Positions 27,697 to 36,340 of a stretch of 51,875 nt of DNA are shown here, in pieces; the first letter of the stretch is position 1, and every line of letters begins with the position of its first letter. The translations under genes and the position numbers were made by a program. The stretch is from a virus (lineage: Duplodnaviria > Caudoviricetes). A model generated the notes under the pieces. It searched no databases and had not been told where the DNA came from. It saw nothing but the letters and a program-made list of their open reading frames with translations. Location of the stretch: IMG/VR virus record IMGVR_UViG_3300045996_000640, positions 1 through 51,875 of that record, one strand, 5' to 3'.

Positions 27697-28358
27697 AACG
27701 CCGCGCTATTCTGGCGTGGGGATCGTTTTGGCCGACGCTCATTGTATGGCTGCCGCTGCTATCGATCCTTGTCATTACCGAGGCGACGCTACCGAAACCG
27801 GCACAGGTTTCCGAAGGAACGCCGAACCTGGGCATATTGGAATTCCTCGATCGCCCGGCCGTTACGCTAACAATTTTGGTTGTCGTTGCGGAATTCCTGA
27901 TGATTAAGGCGCTGCTCATGGCGCGCAATTATGAGCGATTACCGAGCCGCGCCGACGTGATAACGCGCAATGAACACGGGCATTTGATCGCGGTCTATAC
28001 GAAGCGACTTGACGGGCCGCGCGATTACCTGGCGCTTAGCCTCATTGCCGCGAACGTTGCGTTCGCGTGTTTGTATATCCTGAGCATCGTTTTGTTTCTG
28101 AATCAAGATTGGGTGCTGAGCTACCCGCGCGAGATTCAGACGATACAAAACGCGGCGCGCATCGGTTTGGTGGTCGTGCTGGTATGGGGCGGATACCAAT
28201 TGCTGAGCGTGCCGGACGCCGAGGGCGAGCCCGAAGTATCCCGCGTCGGCGTTGTCGTGACGATCGCGCTTGCCGCCCAGGCGATCGCGGTCTACGTGGT
28301 CACGCACGACGACGGCCGCGCCGAATCGGCCGCGCGGAAATGGCTCGGCATAAACTAA
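27693..28358 (+). CDS. Multi-pass membrane protein (about 5 TM)
   Basis: Five hydrophobic stretches; GGAGG RBS. Confidence 0.8.
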   Translation: MKRRAILAWGSFWPTLIVWLPLLSILVITEATLPKPAQVSEGTPNLGILEFLDRPAVTLTILVVVAEFLMIKALLMARNYERLPSRADVITRNEHGHLIAVYTKRLDGPRDYLALSLIAANVAFACLYILSIVLFLNQDWVLSYPREIQTIQNAARIGLVVVLVWGGYQLLSVPDAEGEPEVSRVGVVVTIALAAQAIAVYVVTHDDGRAESAARKWLGIN

Positions 28359-28498
28359 AGGCGGCGGCGGATTTGCCGCCCGCTGCCGAGCGGATCACGG
28401 CGCAGCCTCGCCGCCGCTCAGGGCGCGCCCGGTCGAGGAATGTCTAACCCGGCCGGGCGCTGCCAATGTTTCCCGTGAAACCAATTCAATACCAATGC

Positions 28499-28528
28499 TT
28501 GACACGCGGTACCGATCGGGTGTACTAT
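28499..28528 (+). promoter_or_regulatory. Sigma70-like promoter P4
   Basis: TTGACA-CGCGGTACCGATCGGGTG-TACTAT with AT-rich upstream. Confidence 0.85.
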
Positions 28529-28580
28529 GCGTACATGAGGTCGGGCGATGGGCTCGGCGGTAGTGAAAAGGGTTCAGGCA

Positions 28581-29084
28581 ATGGCACGGCAAAAGTATTA
28601 CGGCGTTACCCTCGAACTGGCAAAGGAATCCGCAGCGAAACGGGCCGCGCGTGAACTGGCGCAAGGCGAATTCGATGCCGAAATGGAAGCGATCGTCGCC
28701 GAGGCGCACGCGGAAAACCTGATCGAATGCCTCGAGGAATTGGAGGCCGACGATACCTTTTGCGAAATCTGCGGCAAACGTAATGTTGCGGTCGAGGCCG
28801 GTTCGATCGGAACCGATTCCGAGCACGATTTCGAAAGCGTGTGCGCCGATTGCTCGGCATCGTGGGATGACTACTGCGCGACGGAATACGCAATAGCGGC
28901 CGCAAAAGATGGCAGGTTTGCCGATTTCATGCGCGACGACCGAGCGTTCGAAGTCGCGAAGTTGATCTACGCAAGCGATTGGAACGTTCCGGTTCCGGGC
29001 GATAGCGCCGAAGGCAAGGCACGCGAGGCCGCATGGTTTGCCGCCTGCAATATCGTTGACGCCATAGATAGCGGTCGAATCTAA
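28581..29084 (+). CDS. Acidic early protein with CxxC..CxxC
   Basis: Start motif at 28570; CEIC and CADC. Confidence 0.8.
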   Translation: MARQKYYGVTLELAKESAAKRAARELAQGEFDAEMEAIVAEAHAENLIECLEELEADDTFCEICGKRNVAVEAGSIGTDSEHDFESVCADCSASWDDYCATEYAIAAAKDGRFADFMRDDRAFEVAKLIYASDWNVPVPGDSAEGKAREAAWFAACNIVDAIDSGRI

Positions 29085-29093
29085 CAACCGCAA

Positions 29094-29119
29094 GCCGCCC
29101 GGCACACGCGCCGGGCGGC
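29094..29119. repeat. Intergenic GC hairpin (reverse complement of 7559-7584)
   Basis: GCCGCCCGGCACACGCGCCGGGCGGC. Confidence 0.85.
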
Positions 29120-29141
29120 ATCGTTACGAAAGGGGTTCAGT

Positions 29142-29417
29142 ATGGATATTCTCGGCATTCCGCTAACGGCGGTCGATCAGATCACGGTAAGCCTCGGCGG
29201 CGAAACCCGTCATACCTTGCGGGTCGGCGATAAGTTCGCCCGGCAGTATGAGCACATGCGAACGATCGAAATAACCCGGATAGGTAAGATGGGCGTAACG
29301 ACGTTCGTTTCGTACGTTACGTATGGTCCGAAAGGGCATGAGGCGGCAGGCGGAACGGTTGGCGTGCATGAGGCAGCCGAGCGGATCGAGCGCGGCGAAT
29401 GGGTGCGGGTCGCATGA
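29142..29417 (+). CDS. Hypothetical early protein
   Basis: Start motif at 29133; L.VGD.F...IEI..I pattern loosely like 7272-7550. Confidence 0.8.
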   Translation: MDILGIPLTAVDQITVSLGGETRHTLRVGDKFARQYEHMRTIEITRIGKMGVTTFVSYVTYGPKGHEAAGGTVGVHEAAERIERGEWVRVA

Positions 29418-29659
29418 GCATCGAATATCAAATCGAATGGCTCGACGAAAACGGCGACGCGATCGCCATGCAGACGATTTGGGGCGACGATCCGGCCGCC
29501 GCCGAATCGCGGGCGCGACGCGAGGCGAGCGCGGCACGAAGCAAGCTAGAAAGCAACTGCTACGCAACCGAGGTCAAACGGGTTCGCCTGGTCGATCCCG
29601 ACGGGCGCGAGCTCGATCTACGGCAGCGCAAGCGGCGACGCCGAAATACTCATGCTTGA
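29414..29659 (+). CDS. Hypothetical protein
   Basis: ATGA overlap; stop codon lies in the -35 box of P5. Confidence 0.7.
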   Translation: MSIEYQIEWLDENGDAIAMQTIWGDDPAAAESRARREASAARSKLESNCYATEVKRVRLVDPDGRELDLRQRKRRRRNTHA

Positions 29660-29685
29660 CAGGCGGTACCGATCGGGTGTATGAT
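29656..29685 (+). promoter_or_regulatory. Sigma70-like promoter P5
   Basis: TTGACA-GGCGGTACCGATCGGGTG-TATGAT. Confidence 0.85.
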
Positions 29686-29732
29686 CCTATCAACGGATCG
29701 GGCTACCGATCGAAGCACGAAGGGTTCAGGAA

Positions 29733-29954
29733 ATGCGCGACTACATCATTCGATCGAACGACACCAAGCAATACATTTTTCGATCACACGATATGCGCAT
29801 CGCGGCCGCCGAATTGGTTCGGCTGCAATCGAACGGGATTGCTTGCACAGCGGTCGCCAAAACAAAGGGCGTACGATCAAATCAACTGCAAGGGTGCGGC
29901 GCTGAATTCCACGAAATCGTCAACGAAATCCGGGCCGCGCAAGCGGCCCGATAA
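29733..29954 (+). CDS. Hypothetical early protein
   Basis: Start motif at 29722. Confidence 0.75.
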   Translation: MRDYIIRSNDTKQYIFRSHDMRIAAAELVRLQSNGIACTAVAKTKGVRSNQLQGCGAEFHEIVNEIRAAQAAR

Positions 29955-29962
29955 CAACCGCA

Positions 29963-29991
29963 CGGCCGCCCGGCAGATCGCCGGGCGGCCG
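29963..29991. repeat. Intergenic GC hairpin
   Basis: CGGCCGCCCGGC-AGATC-GCCGGGCGGCCG. Confidence 0.85.
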
Positions 29992-30010
29992 CTTTCGAAA
30001 GGGGTTCAGT

Positions 30011-30466
30011 ATGGCAACGCAAACATTCGTCGGCGTCTTGCGCGAGGCAAGCGCCGCCGCGTTTCCCAGGATCTATAGCCGCGCCGCGACGCCGATCCGC
30101 CTGCCGATGGGTTCGGTGGTCGCGGTTGAGGTCGGGCGGCTGCAACGGTATCCCGCCAATCTGCGGCAGGCAGTCGGCATCGGGTATTTCGAATTGGCGG
30201 TCGACGGCGACATGGGCGGCCGGATCGAGCTATCGGCGCGCGTCGTGCGCGGCGCTGAGCTCGCGGGCGTTCGCGCGTACGAGCCCGCGAAATGGCTCGA
30301 CGATTCGCTCGCGGAATTCGACACGGCGGCCGGGCAGCGGTTCTACCTGGCGCTGCATCGGCAGATCGAGCAAATGGAAACGCCGATGCACATGCGCGAC
30401 GCATGGCTCACAACGGCCGATCACGATGCAACGCATCGACTAATGGACGTGCTCAATGGCAAGTAA
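30011..30466 (+). CDS. Hypothetical protein
   Basis: Start motif at 30002. Confidence 0.8.
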   Translation: MATQTFVGVLREASAAAFPRIYSRAATPIRLPMGSVVAVEVGRLQRYPANLRQAVGIGYFELAVDGDMGGRIELSARVVRGAELAGVRAYEPAKWLDDSLAEFDTAAGQRFYLALHRQIEQMETPMHMRDAWLTTADHDATHRLMDVLNGK

Positions 30467-31184
30467 AGCAACGGCAACCGCTCGCGGCTGCGGGCATCGT
30501 GTGCGCGGCGGGTTGTATCTGGAAATCGGCATCGGGCCGAACGGTACGCCGATCGAGCAATTGCTGGTGGATCATCCGGTACCGATCGACGTAAAACGCC
30601 TCGGCATTACGCCGCGCGGCGTGCGCCTGGTGGAATGGCTCACCGGGCCGCTACTGGTCGATTGGATCGGCAGCGAGCATTATCCGAACGTGCTCGATTT
30701 CGTCGAGGAAGCGCGCCGGTTCGGTATCAGCCGACGCCTGCCGCGCCGGTTCGATTGGGCGGCGCTCAAGGGTGCGCAATTGGCGTTTCTGCACGCGCGG
30801 GCGGCGGTCGAGAATCCCGATACGTATTGGGCGCATATTCGCAAAACGTATTGCCCAACCGATAACGCGGTACACGTCGGCGAGGGGTACCGCAAGGCAG
30901 GCGGGCCGTGCGCCGGTTTCTGGTGGGATGACGTGACGGGCGGCGAGCGGGTCGAGCCCGAGAACGGGCAGCGGATCGTGCGGCGCACAATGCCGTCATT
31001 CGCCTATCTGGCGCGCTCGCGCCCGGCCGACGCGGATCCGATCTATCAACCCGCGATATTCATGCTTGCGCCGGGCGTGCCGCGCATCGTTTACGTACGG
31101 GAATATCCGGGCGAGGGTATCCCGTCCGAGCTTGCCCGCGACATTGCGGCGAGCGGCCTAACCGTCGAGGCGGTGGACGAATGA
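30456..31184 (+). CDS. Hypothetical phage protein
   Basis: 242-aa ORF with RGCG.R..GGLY and DWIG...YP...DF.EE..RFG.SRR blocks; function unknown. Confidence 0.8.
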   Translation: MASKATATARGCGHRVRGGLYLEIGIGPNGTPIEQLLVDHPVPIDVKRLGITPRGVRLVEWLTGPLLVDWIGSEHYPNVLDFVEEARRFGISRRLPRRFDWAALKGAQLAFLHARAAVENPDTYWAHIRKTYCPTDNAVHVGEGYRKAGGPCAGFWWDDVTGGERVEPENGQRIVRRTMPSFAYLARSRPADADPIYQPAIFMLAPGVPRIVYVREYPGEGIPSELARDIAASGLTVEAVDE

Positions 31185-31321
31185 GCGATCACACGATCGA
31201 GCTTGTCGCCTCGGCGCTACTGATCGGTACGGCGGCAAATGCGATCGGATACGGCGTCGCGCTGGCGCATGGCATAGCAACCGATATCCTTGCCTGGTGG
31301 AAACGAAAGGGTTCAGAATGA
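31181..31321 (+). CDS. 46-aa membrane peptide
   Basis: ATGA overlaps at both ends; hydrophobic core (not in ORF track). Confidence 0.6.
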   Translation: MSDHTIELVASALLIGTAANAIGYGVALAHGIATDILAWWKRKGSE

Positions 31322-32151
31322 GCGAAACCGTAGTGCAACAAAAGACGTTCGCCGATCTGATCGGCAAGCTCGATCTAATCGACGCCGAGATACGGATAGA
31401 TGAAATCCGCACGCCGCCGCTCGGGCCGGAACCGGATAAAACATTCGTACAGGGCGTTTGCGAAATCGGGATTCTTTCGCCGATTCTGGTCGAGGCCGTG
31501 CCGACGAAACAGGGCGGCGGGTATACGATGATCGACGGGTACCGCCGCTTGCGCGCCGCCCAGGAATGCGAGCTAACGACGATCCCGGCACGGATCGCGC
31601 AGCCGGGCGCGTACACGGTATCGCTGCTCACGCTGATTGCGAATGAGCAACGATCGGCGAATCCGGTTGTCGAGTATTACGCGCTGCTCGGGCTCATGGA
31701 AAACAAAGGGCTCAGCGAAACCGATATCGCGCGCCTATCGGGCATGAGCGTGCCGACGATCCGCAAGCGGTTACGCCTGGGCGATCTAATCCCGGAATTT
31801 ATGGCGGTATTCGAGCTCGGCGAGATTGGCGCGCCGATGGCTGAGCGGTTGGCGAAACTCGACGCCGACGATCAGCGGAAATGCCTGGCGATCTGGAATG
31901 AGCATGCCGGGCGATTGACGGGCGAGGATATCCGCCGCGTACGTGAGGCCGATCGCCGCGAGGCTACGCCTGAGCTCCCAGGCATGCCGGAACCCGAAGC
32001 GAGCACGTACGAATGTTCCGCCGACAACCTGATACGGGCGGTGCAATTGCTGCGGGCGAACCTGGCAACGGGCGAGCTCGATATGGTCGAGGTCGATCAA
32101 CGGCTCGAGAAAATCGAAGCGTTGGCGTTCGCGCTGGCAGGCGGTGAGTAA
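31318..32151 (+). CDS. parB: ParB/Spo0J-like protein (ParB/Srx domain + HTH)
   Basis: GILSPILV...IDGYRRLRAA...ANEQR..., HTH ETDIARLSGMSVPTIRKRLRL. Confidence 0.9.
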   Translation: MSETVVQQKTFADLIGKLDLIDAEIRIDEIRTPPLGPEPDKTFVQGVCEIGILSPILVEAVPTKQGGGYTMIDGYRRLRAAQECELTTIPARIAQPGAYTVSLLTLIANEQRSANPVVEYYALLGLMENKGLSETDIARLSGMSVPTIRKRLRLGDLIPEFMAVFELGEIGAPMAERLAKLDADDQRKCLAIWNEHAGRLTGEDIRRVREADRREATPELPGMPEPEASTYECSADNLIRAVQLLRANLATGELDMVEVDQRLEKIEALAFALAGGE

Positions 32152-32378
32152 TGAGCATTCACATTCAATACGCATCGCCGTCCTATGAGATTTCACGGGA
32201 AATAATCGGCGAGCGGTGGTGTTTTCGATGCCGCAAGCGTTGTGATTTCGCGCATATCGTACGTGCGCAGCGCAACGGGGCCGACTACTACGGGCCGTCG
32301 CATACGATCCGCTGCGCGAACTGCACGGCGATCGACGGCGATCTATTTCCTGGGCGTGAACGGATTTGGAATGACTGA
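32151..32378 (+). CDS. Small Zn-finger protein
   Basis: CFRC...CANC. Confidence 0.75.
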   Translation: MSIHIQYASPSYEISREIIGERWCFRCRKRCDFAHIVRAQRNGADYYGPSHTIRCANCTAIDGDLFPGRERIWND

Positions 32379-32658
32379 GCGCAACGCGATCATTTTCCGG
32401 GCGCACAGCGGCCGGGTCTATCACCAAGCCGCATCGATCGATCTCCGGTTCGGTTCGTATGCGTTCCCGGCCGTATCGATTTGCGGCAAGTCATTCGAGA
32501 AGGCGTACCGATGGGGCGGCCGTGGGAATCCAACATGCACGCGCTGCCGAAAAATCCTCGCCGAACGTGCCGCCGTTGCGCGACGCGATGAATCGGCGGG
32601 CGTCGATATGCGCCTCGATTGGAAAGAAGATCGCGCAGCACGCGAGCAACACGAATGA
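32371..32658 (+). CDS. Small Cys/His protein (MTERNAI...)
   Basis: H...CG...CTRC; overlaps upstream stop. Confidence 0.7.
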   Translation: MTERNAIIFRAHSGRVYHQAASIDLRFGSYAFPAVSICGKSFEKAYRWGGRGNPTCTRCRKILAERAAVARRDESAGVDMRLDWKEDRAAREQHE

Positions 32659-32846
32659 CTGAGCGCAACGCGATCGGTATGCGCGACAGGTTCGGCCGCT
32701 GGCACGCCTGGCGGGATATCCGCGCAATGTCGCGATCCGAACAGATCCGCTTATTCCGCATGATTCCGCCCGCGCCCTACCGGGAAACGCGCTCAGATCG
32801 CCCAGGACGCGGCGAACGGCGCAATGGGGGTGATGCCATGCCGTAG
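32655..32846 (+). CDS. Hypothetical protein (MTERNAI...)
   Basis: ATGA overlap; first 7 codons identical to those of 32371. Confidence 0.6.
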   Translation: MTERNAIGMRDRFGRWHAWRDIRAMSRSEQIRLFRMIPPAPYRETRSDRPGRGERRNGGDAMP

Positions 32847-32927
32847 ACTCGCCGCGCCGCACAGGCGCACGCACACGGCGCGGATACCCGCATATCCGCA
32901 TTCGAACCTATCCCGAAAGGGTTTCCC

Positions 32928-33269
32928 GTGATCGTTGGTACCAGAAACACGAAACGAAACCGCGAGGGTTTCGATACCTTCCTCACCGTCAAATGCAATT
33001 ATTGCGGCGACGAATTCGAAGTCGCCGACGGCCGAGGGCTGAGGGGCGCAACGCAAGGATTCGAAACGATGGGGCGCGCGGCAATGTGCCGGGATTGCCG
33101 AAATGATGAGGGGCGACGTGAACGATTCCGAACGAACCGCTACGCCGGGCCGAGCCCGTTTAGTGGGGCATGTCGCCGAGAATCGAGCGGGCGCGCTCTA
33201 TGTCGGCAGATCGAACACGCGCGAGGGCCGAGTCGGTTCGATTTTCGCGAACCCCTTTACGCTGATTGA
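32928..33269 (+). CDS. Zn-finger hypothetical protein
   Basis: GAAAGGGTTT RBS + GTG; CNYC...CRDC; long overlap with the next gene lowers confidence. Confidence 0.55.
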   Translation: MIVGTRNTKRNREGFDTFLTVKCNYCGDEFEVADGRGLRGATQGFETMGRAAMCRDCRNDEGRRERFRTNRYAGPSPFSGACRRESSGRALCRQIEHARGPSRFDFREPLYAD

Positions 33270-33585
33270 ATACGGCCGGGCGCAAGCGTTGCGCCTGTAC
33301 CTCGAGCATGCGCTCGGATCGGGCGCGATTCTGCACGGGCTGCCGGATCTGCGCGGTAAGATGCTCGATTGCTGGTGCAGGCGATCGGATGCCGTTCGCA
33401 CGCCGGGCAATATGTGCCATGCCGATGTATTGGTCGCGATCCTGGATCGGCTGAGCGATACCGAAATCGCGAGCTTGCGGCACGAAACGGCAATGGGTAT
33501 TTACGCATCGGTTGGCGGGTCGAGCCTTTCGATCACATTCGCGCCCGAGCTCGCCGCCGACATTCGGCGCGACCTGGGCATATGA
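33103..33585 (+). CDS. DUF4326-family protein
   Basis: YVGR...S.FANPF...LRGK.L.CWC...CHADVL. Confidence 0.85.
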   Translation: MMRGDVNDSERTATPGRARLVGHVAENRAGALYVGRSNTREGRVGSIFANPFTLIEYGRAQALRLYLEHALGSGAILHGLPDLRGKMLDCWCRRSDAVRTPGNMCHADVLVAILDRLSDTEIASLRHETAMGIYASVGGSSLSITFAPELAADIRRDLGI

Positions 33586-33671
33586 ACGCAAATCAGATCG
33601 CGGCGGCAATCGTCGCCGCGATCTTTCTCATTTGGGAAATGATCGACATTTGGCGCAATCGCAAGGGTTGA
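33582..33671 (+). CDS. 29-aa single-TM peptide
   Basis: ATGA overlap; MNANQIAAAIVAAIFLIWEMIDIWRNRKG. Confidence 0.6.
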   Translation: MNANQIAAAIVAAIFLIWEMIDIWRNRKG

Positions 33672-33697
33672 CAGGGTGTACCGGCCGGGTGTACTAT
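33668..33697 (+). promoter_or_regulatory. Sigma70-like promoter P6
   Basis: TTGACA-GGGTGTACCGGCCGGGTG-TACTAT. Confidence 0.8.
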
Positions 33698-33736
33698 TGA
33701 CGCAACGTCAAACGATCTAACGAAAGGGTTCAGGAA

Positions 33737-33937
33737 ATGCACACGGTCAAGATTATTGAAACCGACGGCCGCGCGGTAACAGTGGTCGATAAGGTTTCCG
33801 AGGCGGTCGCCGCCGATGTGTTCCAAGCACTCGCAACCTGGGGCAATCCCGCTGCATTCATTTCGGTTGTGCAGTACGAATCCGATATGATTCGGTATTC
33901 CGCTCGACCTGGCGTTCCGGGCGTCGATATCTGGTAG
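33737..33937 (+). CDS. Hypothetical early protein
   Basis: Start motif at 33726. Confidence 0.75.
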   Translation: MHTVKIIETDGRAVTVVDKVSEAVAADVFQALATWGNPAAFISVVQYESDMIRYSARPGVPGVDIW

Positions 33938-33946
33938 TCAACCGCA

Positions 33947-33972
33947 GCCGCCCGGCAACCTCGCCGGGCGGC
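33947..33972. repeat. Intergenic GC hairpin
   Basis: GCCGCCCGGC-AACCTC-GCCGGGCGGC. Confidence 0.85.
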
Positions 33973-33997
33973 CGTTCGTATCTCGAAAGGGTTCAGC

Positions 33998-34633
33998 ATG
34001 GAAAGCGAAACGGCGTTCGATCCTCGGCGGCACCTAATCAAGCTCAGCGGCAAGGATTACTTAGAAGTCAAATGGCGCGTGTACTGGTTGCGTACGGCGC
34101 ATCCTGGCGCGATTATTTCGACCGAGCTACACAAACACGTATTCGCCTCGCCGGATGGCACGATACCCGCTGAGGCGATATTCCGGGCGCACGTCATCAT
34201 TCCCGACGGCGGCGAGGCGACGGGTTGGGGTTCGGAATCCGAGGCCGATTTTCACGACTACATTGAAAAGGCCGAAACGAAGGCGTTAGGTCGCGCGCTT
34301 GCCGCGCTTGGGTTCGGCGTGCAATTCGCGGGCGATGATTTCGAAGGCGTCGAGCGATACAACGATGCGCCGGTACAGGCGGCGCGCGCCCGGCAGATCA
34401 AAGAACTGGACGGCGGAAAGAAATCAGGCGGCAAGGCAACCGCAAAACAATTCGCCGATATGAAAGCCTGGCGCGAGGCGCAAAACCTCACGCCCGAGCA
34501 AATGGCAACGATCGTGCTCAATATCACGGGCAAGCATGAGCATTCGGAAATGACCGAGCAAGACGCCGGGCGCGTGTTGTACAAGCTCAACCGGGTAAAC
34601 CTGGACGATCTGCTCGCCGGGAACATCGACTAA
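33998..34633 (+). CDS. Sak/Rad52-like single-strand annealing protein
   Basis: YLEVKWRV.W.R..HP...ATGWG...EKAETKALGRALAALGFG. Confidence 0.85.
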   Translation: MESETAFDPRRHLIKLSGKDYLEVKWRVYWLRTAHPGAIISTELHKHVFASPDGTIPAEAIFRAHVIIPDGGEATGWGSESEADFHDYIEKAETKALGRALAALGFGVQFAGDDFEGVERYNDAPVQAARARQIKELDGGKKSGGKATAKQFADMKAWREAQNLTPEQMATIVLNITGKHEHSEMTEQDAGRVLYKLNRVNLDDLLAGNID

Positions 34634-34638
34634 CAACA

Positions 34639-34672
34639 CGAAACCCGGCCGATTTGGTTCGGCCGGGTTTCG
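34639..34672 (+). terminator. Intrinsic terminator, GAAACCCGGCCG family
   Basis: CGAAACCCGGCCGA-loop-TCGGCCGGGTTTCG. Confidence 0.75.
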
Positions 34673-34723
34673 CTACGATCCGGGTTCAGTGGACGCGATA
34701 CGATCATACCATAGGGACAACGA

Positions 34724-35611
34724 ATGAGCCTGCATTTGTTTTCGCGGATCTATCGCGAAACGAGCTACACGGGCGCAACGCAAACCGTGCTCGCGATCCT
34801 CGGCGGGTATGCCGACGAATACAACTACTGCTCAATGAGCGAGGCGCGGGTTATGTGGGAATCCGGGCTATCTGAGCGCAGCGTACGCAACGCGATACGC
34901 GAGCTCGAGCGCGACGGCGTGATCGAAACGACGCGGAATTACGGGCGCGGCCGGTCGAGCGTTTACCGGGTTCGCATCGAAAACGCGCCGCCTAAAGAGG
35001 ATTGGAAATCATTCCTCACTCGGCAAATTGGCGAGGATGGCGCGGCTCGATATTTCGCCGCCGTCGATCGGAATAAGGCCGGGAAATACCGGCAGAATTT
35101 GCCGGTCGAGGAAGAAGAAATACCGGCAGATTTTTCCGAATACCGGCAATCTACGACAAAAAATACCGGCAAAATTCGACCGGAAACAGAAAGGACACCT
35201 ATTAAAGAGATTAAGAAAGTAGATCAATCTATTGCGGCTGACGCCGCGAAAAAGAAAGGTTCGAAAGCTCATGCGAAAACGGTCGAGGAATTGCCACAAA
35301 ACGGCGCGGCGCAAACGCTGGTATATACCTGGTGCCAGCGAACGGGAACGGTGCCGGTTTCGTACCCGGTCGCGGTTGGACATGCAAAGAACCTCGCGGC
35401 GGCGGGCGTGAATCCGGGCGAGCTCGGCGAGCTTTACGACTACCTGGCGGCCGATCCGTTTTGGACGGGAAAGGGTTTCGACCTCGGCACGGCGGTTTCG
35501 CAGTTAGAAAAATTCCGGCAGACAAAACGAAAGGCGGCGCGATCGAGCACGAACAGGGTTGAATCGGCGCATGAATTTTTCGCCCGAAAAGAATCAGGCG
35601 GGCTACGTTAG
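34724..35611 (+). CDS. Replication initiator (N-terminal winged HTH)
   Basis: VL..L..YAD.....S......SGLSERSVRNAIRELERDGVI...Y; internal iteron-like repeats. Confidence 0.85.
   Translation: MSLHLFSRIYRETSYTGATQTVLAILGGYADEYNYCSMSEARVMWESGLSERSVRNAIRELERDGVIETTRNYGRGRSSVYRVRIENAPPKEDWKSFLTRQIGEDGAARYFAAVDRNKAGKYRQNLPVEEEEIPADFSEYRQSTTKNTGKIRPETERTPIKEIKKVDQSIAADAAKKKGSKAHAKTVEELPQNGAAQTLVYTWCQRTGTVPVSYPVAVGHAKNLAAAGVNPGELGELYDYLAADPFWTGKGFDLGTAVSQLEKFRQTKRKAARSSTNRVESAHEFFARKESGGLR
35084..35260. repeat. Putative origin: four AATACCGGCA iterons + A-rich tract
   Basis: Copies at about 35085, 35119, 35139 and 35162, inverted TGCCGGT at 35100, then A/T-rich 35200-35260. Confidence 0.75.
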
Positions 35612-35620
35612 GGGTTCAGG

Positions 35621-36340
35621 ATGGCAAGGCAACCAAAGGCAAAAAAGCAAACCTACGGAATCGACGCGGCCGCGATCGGCATTGCGAAATTCGCGCGCGA
35701 TCCTGGACTCAGCCTCACGGGCGAGCTCGAGCGGGTACATATCAGCGGCGGCCGGGCGTACGCGGCTGATGGGTTTCGGATCGTATCGGCGGAATTGCCC
35801 GCGACCGATCCGAGCGACTTAACCGAGGATTCAGCGGTGAGTTATCCGGCCGCCGATATCGCCGCGCTCGATTGGGAGGATTTCACGCAACGGCCGTATT
35901 CACTGGTGAATACGAAAGACGTTCGGCTCGGCGATGTCTTTCGATCGGGCGATCTGGTGCGCCTGGCGCATGGCAAGCCGCCCGATTCCAAAAAACCCGC
36001 GCCGTGTACTGAGGCGGGTATGCGGGCGGTTGCCGAGTCGCAAGGTATCGCCGGGATCGAACCCGCAACGACCGTGCTTAGCATCGAACTGCTCGGCGGC
36101 ATCCTCGACGCCTTGCGCGAGGTTGGCAATAGGTTGGGCGGTGCGAGTATCGACGGCGGGATCGTGCTGCGGATCTACCCGGATCGCGAAACCGTCGATC
36201 CGTACGCCGCGCCGCGCGTGGTCGAATGGCTGCACAAACTACCCGACGGCCGCACGATCGAGGGCATGCTGATGCCGATGGTATTGCCGTTTGATCGGGC
36301 AATCGTGCCGCATTGGCGCAAGGATTCCGAGAATGAGTAA
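35621..36340 (+). CDS. Beta-sliding-clamp-like (DnaN-fold) protein, tentative
   Basis: L..VHI.....YAADGFRI and terminal GMLMPM resemble ATDG.RL / LIMP of clamp domains. Confidence 0.55.
   Translation: MARQPKAKKQTYGIDAAAIGIAKFARDPGLSLTGELERVHISGGRAYAADGFRIVSAELPATDPSDLTEDSAVSYPAADIAALDWEDFTQRPYSLVNTKDVRLGDVFRSGDLVRLAHGKPPDSKKPAPCTEAGMRAVAESQGIAGIEPATTVLSIELLGGILDALREVGNRLGGASIDGGIVLRIYPDRETVDPYAAPRVVEWLHKLPDGRTIEGMLMPMVLPFDRAIVPHWRKDSENE

Noticed and set aside
33249-33258. GAACCCCTTT, antisense to the start motif, as a possible sRNA seed
   Set aside because: It encodes the conserved ANPF of DUF4326, so is explained by protein constraint
7559-33972. GCCGCCCGGC hairpins as intrinsic terminators or integron attC sites
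   Set aside because: No U-tract, they sit just before an RBS within operons, and there are no RYYYAAC/GTTRRRY cores or integron integrase
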